Source: Antedon mediterranea
Taxonomy: Eukaryota > Animalia > Echinodermata
DNA length: 64,000 bases
Assembly: GCF_964355755.1 (NCBI RefSeq)
Contig: NC_092671.1
Coordinates: forward strand, 37,024,304 to 37,088,303
Direction: 5' to 3'
Part shown: positions 35,160 through 48,808 of the stretch, in pieces
Position numbering within the stretch: position 1 is the first letter of the stretch
Layout: each line of letters starts with the position of its first letter
Program-made: the position numbers and the translations under genes
Notes under the pieces: generated by a model
Databases searched by the model: none
Seen by the model: the letters and a program-made list of their open reading frames with translations, nothing else
What the model was told of the DNA's origin: nothing

Positions 35160-37377
35160 TTACCAAGTTTCAACTACAGATTTGTTAGAAAGGTGTTTCC
35201 CATTTGGTGTTGCTGAATTCTCAGGTAACAATGCACAATACACTGGTGTTATGGCGCCCTCATCTGGGGTTTTAGTTCCTTTGTGACTTGTCATGTCAGT
35301 ATCAACATAACCTGGGCAACACTGCAAATGAAATCAACGAAATCATCAATTACATGATTTTAATTATCCATCTTAAATTAATTAAATATATGAATTTGTG
35401 AAATAGTTTTGATAAAATTTAACAACAGTTACTAATGTATGTACATTCAGGCCAGGTAAAGATTTTAAGCTCTGTCTACACTATCAAACTTTATGTGACA
35501 AACCAATGTCATGTGCCCATATATGGACATGATGATGTCATATCACTACCATATTTGGGCACATCACTACCATATTTGGACATATCTCTACCATATGTGG
35601 GCACATCACTACCACATTTGGTAGTTTGATATACAGAGCTTTACTTACACAGTTGATAAGGATATCCTGTCTTGAGGTGTCTGCACTCATGGCTGCAGCC
35701 TGGATCCTTGTTATGGTGATAACTCCAGCCTTTGAGGTACCATAGGCATTTTGTACCCATCCTTCTTCACTTAATGTCCCCTTCTCTGCACTCCTGTCAA
35801 TAAATCATGTTCAAATGAAATTTTAAATAACATTCTGACTGTTTGTTTGTTTTAAATTTTTTACTTATTTGACATGTATATTAAAACTAATAAAAGTTGG
35901 CAACAAATTATTATATAAAAGCAACTAACGCAACAAAGTCAGCCATCAGCTTATTAACATCATCTTCTGTTTTTGCATGTTTGAACGCTTCCTGAAGTTT
36001 GGGACTCAATTTCTTGTACACATGTGGTCCTGACATACTTGCTACATGGCAAACCCTTATGAGAGATGAAAGAAGTTTAAATGGTACACTGTTAAGCTGT
36101 AATATAATGGTGATACACAAATATACACTCTGAAAGAAGGTGGTTTTATCTAAAGCTCAAACTTTATGTGTAAAAAATGTGATGTGCCCATATATGGCCA
36201 CAATGAAATCATATCAGTACCATATTTGGGCACATCACACTTTGTTTACCGAACTAGTTTGATAGTGTTTGACAGTAATAGTAAATGGAAAGATAATGAA
36301 AGCTTTTATTCCTTTACCTTCCATGCGAACGTATCAATGGGAACAGGGCATGACAAACATTTAATGTTGCAGTGTAGTTGGTTGCTATGGATACTTTAGC
36401 TTGTACATCAAATGAAGTGGTATCTTTTTGCTGGAAACAAAATTGAAAATTTGAAAAAAAGGCAAAAATAAATGTTAAAATTCTGATTAAATCTGTATTA
36501 TTATACAGTATAATAAATGTTCCACATAATAAAGCAAACCAAATTTCTTAATGTGAGCATACAAAAGTGTGCGGGATACCTTAAACGCAATTGCAGCATT
36601 GTTAACAAGTATATCTAAGCCCCCATGAGTGGATTTAAGGAAATCTCTCAAACGGTCAATGCTCTCTGATGAATCAATGTCCAGCTGATGAAAGTGAGGG
36701 TTCAATCCTTCCTTCTTAAGTTCTTCTACAGCATCTTTTCCTCGTTCTTCATTCCGTGATGTCAAATAAACGATACCATTCTGAAGTTCTTTGCAAAGAG
36801 CCCTCACAATGGCAAAACCAATGCCTTTATTTCCCCCAGTTACCTAATAAAAGAAATCAAATTATAGTGGACTTTATTTAAGTATATTATGTGTTATGCG
36901 TGAAAGAAAGCTGTATTGTATGCATGGATGGAGGGTTTTCATCCATTCTCTAGCCTAGCTACTCCTACTCCTACACCATGCACACTATCACCTCTGCTCT
37001 GGTCTGGTGCAAATAAAAACACGCTAGGCTAGGCCTAGCCTGTAGTATGTAGGCCATAGATAGTAGTACGGGACCCCTACAACTAGTACTAGCCTACTAG
37101 GATAGCTAGGCCTGGCTGGGAGTCCTCAGATCCTCCATAATAATGCCTGGCCTACTACTACTACTACTACTAGTAGTACTATTATTATTAATATTAGGCC
37201 TAATTCCCTAGCTAGGCCTAGCCCTAGCCTAGTAGTTCGGCCAACAAGCTAGCTAGCTAGGCTTACCTGTAAAGTGTAAATGTATTTAGGTAGGAGGCCT
37301 AGGCCTAGCTTATATTTGCATATAAAATAAAACGGCAATTAAAAAACGATACTTACCAAAGCAATTTTTTGTGACAT
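35160..37377 (-). CDS. CBR1: Carbonyl reductase 1-like SDR, copy C (6 exons)
   Basis: Exons 37377-37357, 36843-36580, 36430-36318, 36055-35930, 35793-35649 and 35321-35160. Exon sizes equal those of copy A; YGTSK and CCPGYV are intact. Confidence 0.92.
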
Positions 37378-38251
37378 GATTAATAATTTTAACTAAATTA
37401 GAAGGGCTAGGCCTAGGTCAATCTGCAAAAACAACAACACGGTGTACACTGGACCGCAGATCACTATTTACCAAATGTGCCGAGTCAGTCCACATTCATC
37501 ATTGATAAGTTCAGTTCAACTTTTAGCATAAGCCAATGATATGATGAGGGGTGAATTTTTATTTTTTATGAAAAAGACTGTCCGGCGGAGAATCCAATTT
37601 ACCTTTGACTTTAGATGTATTATTGTGTTGTATCTTGTAAGTTTTATGGCTTTTTTTCTTGGTTTAAAAAGTTTCTAACAATAAGCTTGGATACATAAAC
37701 TATATAACAATATATAAGAATAATGGAAAAGTGGTCAAAACACCGTGTTAGCTAGGCCTACTTTAGGCTAGTCATGAGCCTGACGCCTAACTAGGTCTAG
37801 GCCTAGCTAGGCCTAGGCCTAGGCCTTAAAGGGTAGGCCGTATAGGCTGGGTGCTGGTCAACCCGTACCCAAACCAACCCGTACCCATGCCAACTCGTAC
37901 CCAACTTGGCTAACCCGTACCCAAATAATTGGTCAACTCGTACCCACTTTGGCTAACCCGTACCCAAACCAACTCGTACCCATGCCAACTCGTACCTACA
38001 TATTTGGCTTACTCGTACCCAAGTATTTGGCTTACTCGTACCCATTATTTGGCTTACTCGTACCCATTTTTGGATAATTAGGCCTACTTGTAATGATTTG
38101 ATCGGCGCAAAACTAGTGGTATGCTTTCAAACGTATGAATATTTTTATATTTAAATAGTTTTTTTTATTTTACAGGTCTCGGTGAAATTTGTGCTAATAA
38201 AAATGACCATTGATTTGATTGTAAACTTCGTTTTAGGCATATATTTGTTAA

Positions 38252-39023
38252 TGTTATGCGCGATTTGAACGATTTGCGCAATTTGAAATTGCGCAAAAAA
38301 ATTCTTGCGCAATTTAAAATTGCGCAAGGATTTTTTTGCGCAATTTGAAATTGCGCAATCAACTTGCGCAATTTCAAATTGCGCAAGAAAATCTTTGCGC
38401 AATTTTAAATTGCGCTGCACAATTTGTAAATTAAGCAAGATAGTTCTTGCGCAATATGACACCTTTGCGCAATTTGAAAACGAACTGTAAATTTTCCCAT
38501 ACATGGCTAGGCTAGGCCTAGGCAGAGGAGTTTAAAATTTAGTATTTTATTATATAAATAAGACCATTTCAATGAAGATAATGTTTAATACTCACTTTTT
38601 AAGTTTTTAATATTAGTTTAAGCTAGGCCATGTAACCTAGTCAGTATCAGTAGTCCAGACCCTAGCTAGGCTAGAGTAGTATAGCCGGCCGCCCGCGCCG
38701 CGCCCGCCTGGTGGAACACCACCGCTTCGTTTTCCTTCGTCGGTTCTTCGACGGTATGCTAACTTATTATAACAATATTTGCACTACTAAAATAAGGAAA
38801 TGCGATATTTATCTTTAATTTTGAATCATTCTTAGAAATTACTATAAAAATATGGGTGTGCATGATTTCACAATCTGTCGAAAAACCTTGCGCAATTTGC
38901 AGATTACTTGCGCAATTTAATACGTTGCTTGCGCAATTTGAAACACATGTTTCAATTCAAATTGCGCAAGGATTTTTTTTGCGCAATTTCAAATTGCGCA
39001 AATCGTTCAAATCGCGCATAACA
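38252..39023. mobile_element. Nested TGT..ACA element (Ginger-like ends, flanked by TTAA) with TTGCGCAA repeats
   Basis: tgttatgcgcgatttgaacgatttgcgcaatttgaaattgcgcaaaaaaa is perfectly inverted at the right end. Confidence 0.75.
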
Positions 39024-39349
39024 TTAACATTAATTTAAATGTAGTATTATAGTTTTATAAACGTAATGTTTGATGTGTCTTTTTATTTATTTACGTAAGA
39101 ACATTAATTAATAAAAAAATATTTTTACTGTTGTATAGTATTACAATTCAATTAAGCCCAGGTAAAGTACCAACAACGTATCATTTTTATACTTATCAAT
39201 TTTTATTCTTATCACCTAATTATCTTCCCTGATTACATTCGATCATGGAGGTATACCTCCATGATTCGATCAAGTAATTATTGTTTCTATTGTATTGGTA
39301 TATTTAAAATTGGTTGAATTAACGACGCACTGTTTTAATCAAAAAGCCC

Positions 39350-40100
39350 ACAGGGCTATGGGGTCGAATTACTCGTAGATTTCGTGTTACGTGTTTTTGC
39401 TGACCGGGATTAACCTTTTATTATAAAAAAAATGACGTATGATCGTTTTCCATATTTTATTTATTAATAATTCAGTGAAATGATCATGTACACGTACTGT
39501 AAAGTCTGCAGGGCTATGGGCCTAGATTTTGTGTTACGTGTTTTTGCTGACCGGGATTAACCTTTTATTATAAAAAAACACGCATTTATCGGGCGTCAAA
39601 GAGATGACTCATTAATGACGTATATGATCGTTTTCCATATATTTTATTTATTAATAATTCAGTGAAATGATCATATACACGTACTGTAATGCCTGCAGGG
39701 CTATGGGGCGTAGATTTCGTGTTACGTGTTTTTGCTGACCGGGATTAACCTTTTATTACAAAAAAACACGCATTTATAGGGCGTCAAAGAGACGACTCAG
39801 TAATGACGTATGATCGTTTTCCATATATTTTATTTATTAATAATTCAGTGAAATGATCATATACACGTACTTTAAGGCAGTTAAACATTTTTGGCAGATT
39901 TTCTTCTATAACAGCTACAGTGTGTAAAAAAAAATAGACAACGCAATTTGGCGTACGATCGTTTTCTTTTTTTTTTTTCTTAAATAATTCAGTAAAATTA
40001 TCTGTTTGTTTACAGCAATTAAACATTTTTGGTAGATGTTTCCTCAATAACAGCTACGTGTTTTTGCTGACGAGGGATTCCCTTTTAAAAAAAAATACGC
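39350..40100. repeat. Imperfect tandem repeat, ~160-190-bp unit, about 3 copies plus a fragment
   Basis: cagggctatggg..gtgttacgtgtttttgctgaccgggattaaccttttatta recurs near 39351, 39509 and 39696, partially near 40056. Confidence 0.85.
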
Positions 40101-40918
40101 ATTCTATAATATTCTACAAATAAATGACCCACACTCGTTTTTCCATGGCAACGGATGTCGTCTTATTTACTACACGTGTCTGTGTACATTCGTATCTGTC
40201 AGCGATAAGATGATTTTAAATAATAGATCAATAACTATTCATAAATGAAAAAAAATAGAATGCAGCACAGCAGCCGACCACTGACATCTTCCATGTAAAA
40301 CAGCGCCCTCAAGTATTAATTTAACTACGACCCAAATACGATGAAAGCTGTGCTTTTTTCGTACGAGTCTGTACATAAATTATACTTAGGTAAATAGTTT
40401 TTGCCATTATAATATCGAACATAATGACCTAAAAATATGTAATAAAACTGGGTTTAACTGTAATAGGCCTATATAAATATACTTTAAATAGCATTAAACT
40501 TGGGTACGGGCCAGCCAATGATGGGTACGGGTTAGCCAATGATGGGTACGGGTGAGCCAAAATTTTGGGTACGAGTAAGCCAAAATTTGGGTACGAGTTG
40601 GTGGGTACGAGTTGGCATGGGTACGGGTTGACCTGTATTCCTATAGGCTTCCTTGGTTGTGGGCGTCGTACTCAATAGCCTAGCCCAGCCTACCTGCTAA
40701 ACTGGACTTCCATAGCAAAGGTTAGTTAGACTATGCCTCTAAGCTAGAGTATATGTAATTTCCGTATTAGTACTGTGGTTTTTTAGTTTATTTGTAAAAA
40801 AATTTCTTTTCTTTTTTTAGAATTTGTTTTAACGTATGCTCACTGATGGTTCTGTATGTTGCAGAAAAAGTAAATATTTACACAGGCTAGTAATCAATAA
40901 GTTTGTCTTCCAATCACA

Positions 40919-43900
40919 ATGATTTCTAAAACTACTGAAACAGAATCGAAGATTATAGAATGGGATGATATGGACAAGACTAAATTCTATTCATTTGGTG
41001 TTTTATTTGCATTATCAATACGAACGGTTCTTTATCCTACCACCTTGATCAAAACAAGACTGCAAGTGCAAAGTCAAAAATCGGCATATACCGGTACTTG
41101 GGATGCAGTAAAAAAAATAGGACGTTACGAAGGTATACGCGGATATTATAAAGGCTTTATGATCAACACGTTTACGATATTCTCAGGACAATGTTACGTA
41201 ACTACTTATGAATTGCTACGTAAAACATTTTCTGGTGCTAATAACTTTACGAAATCTTTTATCGCTGGAGGTGGAGCGTCACTCGTGGCCCAAAGTATCA
41301 CTGTTCCGATTGACGTTGTGTCTCAAAGGATAATGATGATTGGTCAGTCTGTAGATGGCAGTGTTGCACGGCAAAATATATCATGGAAGCAGACAAGCTC
41401 GATTGCAAGCGATATTTTAAGGACTAGTGGTGTACGTGGGTTTTACAAGGGGTATACTGCCTCCATTATGACTTTTATGCCAAGTAGTGCCCTGTGGTGG
41501 CCATTTTATCATTTTTATACAGGTTAGTAAATTGCCAATACACATTAATAATTTATTTTATTTATTTATTCAATTTCTGCCATATACATATTAAACAAAG
41601 AAGACAAAACAATTATAAAAGGAGGCACGGAAAGACCAAACAGGTGCTAAACACCTATGCTGGTTGGTCAACCCAGAACAGAGAAAAATAAATAAATTAC
41701 GTTCTACAATAAAAGCATCGACAAGAAAGCGACCAACTACACACATTTTCAATATCGAAATTATTTTAAAAATAAATATTGAGATAATCATCTCACTATT
41801 TATTAACTATACATCACATGGAATTACCTTTTCAGCATATGGTACATTAATTCATTGAATAAATTTAGATTTTAAATGACAATTAGTATTTCCTTGTGTT
41901 TTTGACTAGCCCGTGGCCTTATTCACCAATCACACTAAATTGAGATATCTCCTATAAATATTTCACTTAACTCAATAAATATTTAAGTATTTCCCTTAAA
42001 TTGTGTTCACTTAGACCCCATTTACACTTACGATTTAGGCCGGCCCTGGGTCGGCCCTGGGTCGGCAATTGATAAGTGTAAATACTCCAAAAAGTTAGGC
42101 CGGCCCTGGGCCGGACGCAGATCTGGGCCACCTCTCCAGGTAGGTTCAGGAGCGGCTTTTACGTTTGGACCGGCTTACGCAGTGAACTGTGAACAATGTT
42201 TGACCTTTTTATGAGGTGGTTGTTATGACAATTTGTTTTCTTCATCATTTATTATTATATAGTTAAATTTATTTTCAGACATCTTCTTTCAATAAAGTAT
42301 TCCTCTGCTTGTTTCGCATATACATAAAATACAGCCATATTATATATAAAACAGTGGAGTTCATTTTGTTTTTAATGGGACAAAAAAACAACAATACAGT
42401 ATAAATATAAAACGGTCGGTTCGCGCGGAGATTTGAATTAATTGACGATCGAGAGAGAAAAATTTAAACAAACTGTACTTCGTATCCCAGCATGCAATGG
42501 TACTTCCGATAAAATTATTTACGACCAGTAATCTGCGTCGCTAGTGTAAACGCTCTGGGGCCAGCCTAAAAGGTAAATATTTGCAACCGGCCCTGGACCC
42601 AAACGTAAGTGTAAATGGGGTCTTAGGATAGGATATTTTTTTTATTTTAAGGGTAAGTGTCTCCCTTAGCCTAAGTGTGAATGGTGAATACGGCCACTAG
42701 GTGTTGTTGAATACAACATTTGGTAAAGTAAGTTTGTAGATATACCGTTTGACCCAGTTTGTATAAACCAAATTCAATGTGAGTGACTTATACCTGCATA
42801 GTATGGTTGAAGATAGTATTTATTTATTGTTGAAGGTAATAATACAATTAAACAGTATCACATGTTTATTATTATTAATTAAAATATTATTATTATATTC
42901 TTTTATATTAATTTGTTTTTACAGATAGGTATAGCTATATAATTAAAGATGTATTAGATTTTCCAGTACCTCACATTGCAATACAGGCCTTAGCTGGGCC
43001 TACAGCAGGCTTCACTGCAACCACAGTCACCAATCCAATGGATATAGTGCGTACAAGACTTCAGGTAATAGCACAAAAATGTCATATTTTTATTATATTT
43101 ACCACCGTAATCTATTTGTTACTTGGCAAAAATATAATTTTAATAATAAATATTGTTTGTTAGGATGATAGCGCCTACAATTTTTAAATTATCATTCTTA
43201 AATTTTCGGTGTAAAAGGTATACCTATTGAAATTAATAAAAATCGGTTCATTAATTAACTTCACAAATAAAAGTACTAAACTTCAAGTAAAAACAAAAAT
43301 CTAGGCTGAAATATTAATATGCGCCCTCTGTGACAATATTTTGCCAAGTACTTCACTCAGTTTCTGAGTGCTCATTATTTTTGTTGAGGGTGTTGATTTG
43401 TAAAAAGGTTTGATAATAAAAAGCCCAGTTTGTTAACCATGAACAAAATACTGGCATATCAATTTGTAACATTAGAAATTCATTATGCTGTATTTGAGAT
43501 TGGACCAAATCCAACCAAAAGTAATAAAATTTAATGCTTATTGAATTTGCACTTATGGAAACCAGATTGTTGTAATCTACTTTAAATAAAACATGTACAA
43601 AACAATTTTTATATTGTTTTAAAAAAAATTACAATATTGAATGAAAGTAATATCATTTTATTACGGTATTCTCTTCGTCCTTATTTCCATTCATCATACA
43701 CAATCATAAACATACATAAATAAGCATACAGTAGTACAAAGAAGAAAAAAAAGAATATTATATGTTATTTAGCACAATAAAATGATAATATGTCAGTAAA
43801 ACCTCTATTATTAAAGGGACACATTTGGTAGAAAAGTGTCCCCTTAATAGGAGTGATTGTCCAAAAGTAGGTTTTGTATTAGTACTGTATATCCTCTGGT

Positions 43901-45024
43901 ATAATTCCACCGGTTCCAGGACGATTCGGCCCTGAGACGATTCGGCCCAGTTGTGGTGGGACGATTTGCCCCACTTTTGGGCTGAAACATCCCACTTTGT
44001 GGGCCGAAACGTCTCACATTTGACCAAATTCATATCCATTTTTTTTGGTATTTATCAAGTTTTTAAAGGTGTTTAACAATCCGTATTTTATTGATATTGA
44101 CAATGTTGATATAATATATATAATAAATTATCTAAAAAACGTATTTTATATTTATTTTTATTTTTATATATATATATATATAATTTATTTTTTTATTACT
44201 TCGAAAACCTTGTTTATTTCGTGCATTCGCCAAGCGGCCAACAGAGGGCGTAACTTGTTTACATCGTTCGCGTGACTAAAAAATGATCATTTTCGACAAT
44301 GTTTTCAAAATGTTTACTTTATTGCATCTTCAACCCTAGTAGTAGTGCTACCCCATAGTTTCTCTGAAAATAAAGTTTGGGGAAAAAAGGTTATTTTATG
44401 CTTATAAAATGCATATCAAAGCCGATAAATTTAAATGTGCCGAATCGTCTCAGGGCCGAATAGTCCCGGGCCGAATCGTCTCAGGGCTGAATCGTCCCGG
44501 GCCGAATCATCTCATTGCCGAATCGTCCCGTTACCATTCCACCCACCTAAAACACAAAATTGGGCCAACTTTGTGGGGTAGGACTACCTGTATACCCGGA
44601 GAAACCCTGGTTGAAGGGAAAAAAAAATCATTGTAAAAACTGTAGGACCCCTACAACCAGATCAAAAGTCAATACAGGGACTATACCTGGAGATATGCCT
44701 GTTTGTGAAAGCAGACATAAAGTAAAGGTTGGGATTAGCCCTGAAGTGGGATTATACCCGGGGATATACGGTAATTAAAATGAGCATATTTGATAGCTTT
44801 ATTTATTTTCAATGACTATATTTCTTTCTCAGGTGCTTGGAGGCGATTCAATAATTGGTTCATTTAAGAATTTATTTCATGAGGAAGGGCTGAAAGGTTT
44901 CACCAAAGGACTAAGTGCTAGGTACCTAGCAACGGTACCAACAAGCCTCATCATTGTCCTTGGTTACGAGACACTGAAGAGAGTTAGTTTACGATCTGAA
45001 TTAAAAGAATTATATGAATGGTAG
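40919..45024 (+). CDS. SLC25A44: Mitochondrial carrier, solute carrier family 25 member 44
   Basis: Coding exons 40919-41522, 42925-43064 and 44833-45024 splice in frame. Diagnostic IIEWDDMDKTKFY, YPTTLIKTRLQ, SGQCYVTTYE, TNPMDIVRTRLQ and GYETLKRVSLR. A 5'UTR intron is likely at 40721-40820. Confidence 0.95.
42014..42622. mobile_element. Harbinger-type element (GACCCCATTTACACTTACG termini, TTA TSD) nested in another IR element (about 41907-42700)
   Basis: Terminal inverted repeats; outer IR gtggccttattcaccaatcacact / agtgtgaatggtgaatacggccac. Confidence 0.75.
43912..44535. mobile_element. TIR element with GACGATTCGGCCC subterminal repeats, 8-bp TSD ATTCCACC
   Basis: TSD at 43904-43911 and 44536-44543; GG..CC termini. 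Confidence 0.8.
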
Positions 45025-48000
45025 ATTTAATTCCTTTGTTTTCTGCTTAAGCTCTGTCCACACTATCAAACTTTATGTGACAAAAAGATGTGATGTGATG
45101 TGCCCATATATGGACATGATGATGTCATATCACTACCATATTTGGGCACATCACCACTAGTTTGATAGTGTAGACAGAGCTACTTTAGATTTAATAACAT
45201 TTAATTCCAACATTTTGTAAAATCCATAACTCGAGGTTTGTCTGTACTGTTGCAACTATCCACTTATTAAGGCTCAAATTGTCCTTGCACCAAATTTGGT
45301 GGTGATATATCCAAATATGGTAGTGATATGACCAAATATGGTAGCGATATGACATCATGTCCATATTTGGGCACATCACATTTTTTTGTTACGTAAAGTT
45401 TGATAGTGTAGACAGAACTTTAAAGCATAGAGGAAAACTCTATGCTTAGAGCTATCAAATTGTATAGCTCCATGATTGTACAAAGCTTTTTTTTTCAATT
45501 GTGAATATAAGATAATTCCATCAATGAACAATAAAATATAGTATATCCTGAAATTATTAATTTGGTGAATTTAAACTCACTTTTTATGTATGCTGCTTAG
45601 CTACTATCTAGCTGCACAAAAAGCAAGGTTCTTTTTACTTTTTTGTAATTAGTATCCCTGCTATGATGGCATGCATCTGCAAATGAATGAATCAAGGGGG
45701 ACAGCTTGTACTATGCATTTTGATCGCTCTATTTTTAGATTCCAGATTATGAAGTTAGTATTACATTTAGATTATTAGCACTTAATAATAATAATAACTT
45801 TATTTTTTCTCTTTTATAACAGAGGCACAATTCTCAAGAGATGTGCAACAAAAAAAATAATAAATATGGACTTATCTTACTACACAATCAAATACAAACA
45901 TTATAAATTATTACATTAAAAAGTATATACACATAGTATTGTATAATATTCAATTTTACAAATATGAGTGAGATTTATTTTTTTTTAAATTAAGCGATAT
46001 TTTGAGTATATTAACATATCTTTGTGAATATTATTAAAAGGGGCAGATCCAAGATATTTTAAACAGGGGAGTACCTAACATTATTATATTAATGGTCTAT
46101 CAAAATAGATTCTTTATACCAAAATGTAGTTCATAATATCATTTTAGCGGGGGAGCCTGTCCCTAGTGCTACCCACCTGAATCTGCCCCTGATTTAAAAT
46201 ATTAATTGTGCTGACAATGTAGAACCATTCGATGTAAAATAATAAATACTGTATATAGTAAATTGATATGCAATAATACCTCAACACAAATTTATTTTAC
46301 ACTTAATATATAATTTAGCATTGGTATTTAATATTGGTATATATATATATTTAGATATAGTGTTTCTGCAATTATTTTAAGCTGTAAAGTGCAAGGAAGA
46401 ACGGAATATAACAATTCAACATAATGGGCCATAAATTAATGGTACTATGATACATGTACCTTGAAATCATCAGGGCGCCCTCTCTAATTGAAAACTACTT
46501 TTATCTGGGACTTTGATTTTAGTATTTTATATCTGGGCGGGAGAGGGTGTTTGATTGAAAATACAAAAGTACAGTAGTTGTTTTTTTTTCTTTATGTGCG
46601 CGGTTGGTATGGGATTTTCTGTATTCAGAGATCTCACTTTCCCTGCCCTCATATTAATTATAATTTAGATCGATGTTTTATGAGCTATAATTAAGAGCTT
46701 ATTATTTACATTCATCGGCGTAAAGCTTGGTCCGGTTCCCAACTACCGAAGCAACGTAGAAAAACGCAAGTGAATTGACCAATCACAAGCGATGGCTTAT
46801 TCGCTTGTGATTGCTAACTATCTATAACTTCGCTTGTCATTGGTTAAAACGCTTGCGTTGCGTTTACGTCCTTGTGTTACGTTCTTGTGGGAACCACGCT
46901 TTTAGAGTGGTTCCCACTAGGATGCAACGCAAATTGATTTGACCAATCACAAGCGATGGATTATTCGAACAGTAGCTTGTCATTGGTCAACTCGCTTGCG
47001 TGGCGTCTACGTCCTTGCGTTGCGTCCTAGTGAGAACCAAGCGTTACGCATATGTCTACATCACTTTCCGTCGATCGTCACTGCGTTGCGTTCTAATGGG
47101 AACCACGCTTTATGAAGTGTTTTCATAAACGTTATATAATTATTGAATAATGTATCAGAATTGATCTCTTCAATGATTTCTATTTTTATTATACTAATTG
47201 TGCAAATTTAAATTGGTTGTATAAAAAATCGTTTTAGATTTTGAAATCCATATGTATGTATGTACTACAGTTATAAGTTGTTATATTAAAGTGGTAACTA
47301 TATACTATATCCCTTTCACACAAAAACTCCGGAGTTTTGCTTTTGGTTTGAAAGGGGTATAAAATAAAATAAATTACAGTGTTTTTAGCTTTGTAAATCC
47401 TGAGGTTTAAGCCAACAGAGTCTGCAGTGGTAAATGAGTGAATATTTCATCATTATCTAGTGGATAGAACAATTTATACTACCGTATATTCATTGAATTT
47501 CAATTCCAAAAAGTGTTAATTGAACTGAACAGATGTGACTCGTATATTGATCTATGTAGTTGATTTTTAATTCAATATTACATGGAAGTGGGTATTTTAT
47601 TTTTGCTTTTTAAATTAATTATTAAATATTGATGATTTGTAATGATGATAATATTGTTATTTTTGCCGTACAAATAAATGATTCTTATTTTAGTGTGATA
47701 ATTATTATGAATAGTTAATTTAAACGAAATAAATGATAAAACAATAAATTATAACACTTCTCTGGAAATTCTGCTTGACTATAACACCCGATTCTAGACT
47801 GTATATCCACATATGGCATTATGATGATGCAAATCCTGTAATACAGGTATGTTGGGCTTATAGCCTGATACGGTACCGCGTGTGACACAGATATGACACC
47901 GTATTACAGAATTAACTGTGATAAATTTGTTATACAATACTCTACCAATAATCAGCTCCGTTAATATTTTGCTTGTGTAACCAAGGCAACCTAACAACAG

Positions 48001-48808
48001 GATGCTAAGCTCCGGAGATCAAAGGGTTCATCTATGGCTGCGACACGATCATTTTCACGCCCCTAATTATTAACAAACACCGCGCGCTGTGGAGAGAATT
48101 GTACATAGTATAGGCCACAGTACTGTTGATATTTGTCGCAGCCAGGCATACGATCAGAGGACTGTTACTGGTTCTTATCTTGGCAGGGGCGCCTGTTAGA
48201 TTGCCTTGTGTAACTAAACTAAAGGCAACCGAAAATAAAATATTTCCATAAAGCATGGTTCCCACTAGAACGCAACGCAGCGACGTATTGACGCAAAGTG
48301 CTGTATTGCGTAATCACAAGTGAGAACCGACGACGCAACAATGCTGCAAACATCGCAGGTTTGATTTCACGCAGGCGAAGGCGCGCAAACACAATTAAGC
48401 GTGGTTCCCACTAGCGACGCAACGCAAGGACGTAACGCAACGCAAGTGAATTGACCAATCACAAGCGATGGCTTATTCGCTTTTGATTGCTAACTGTCTA
48501 TAACTTCGCTTGTCATTGGTTAAAACGCTTGCGTTGCGTTTACGTCCTTGCGTTACGTTCTAGTGAGAACCAAGCTTAAGTAAGCGTGGTTCCCACTAGA
48601 CGCAACGTACAACGACGTATCGACGCAAAGTGCTGTATTGCGTAATTGCGTAAGTGGGAACCGACGACGCAACAATGCTGCAAACATCGCAGGTTTGATT
48701 TCACGCAGGCGGGGGCCTACACAATTATTGTAAGGGCATTTTCTTACACTGCGTAGATTGCGTTGCGTCGCTAGTTAGAACCAAGCTTTAGTTAGGATTA
48801 AGCTCTAA

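Larger units (their letters stand above)
37849..40641. mobile_element. 2.8-kb foldback-type TIR element with ACTCGTACCC subterminal repeats, 8-bp TSD TATAGGCT
   Basis: ggtcaacccgtaccc.. arrays at 37856-38065 are inverted at 40500-40634. TSD at 37841-37848 and 40642-40649. Confidence 0.8.

Noticed and set aside
38151-39038. ORFs rich in AQF/LRNFKLRK repeats
   Set aside because: They are translations of the TTGCGCAA subterminal repeats, open on both strands.
47794-48265. Two short minus-strand ORFs
   Set aside because: No recognisable domain or splice-compatible structure; probably 3'UTR of the EGF receptor gene.
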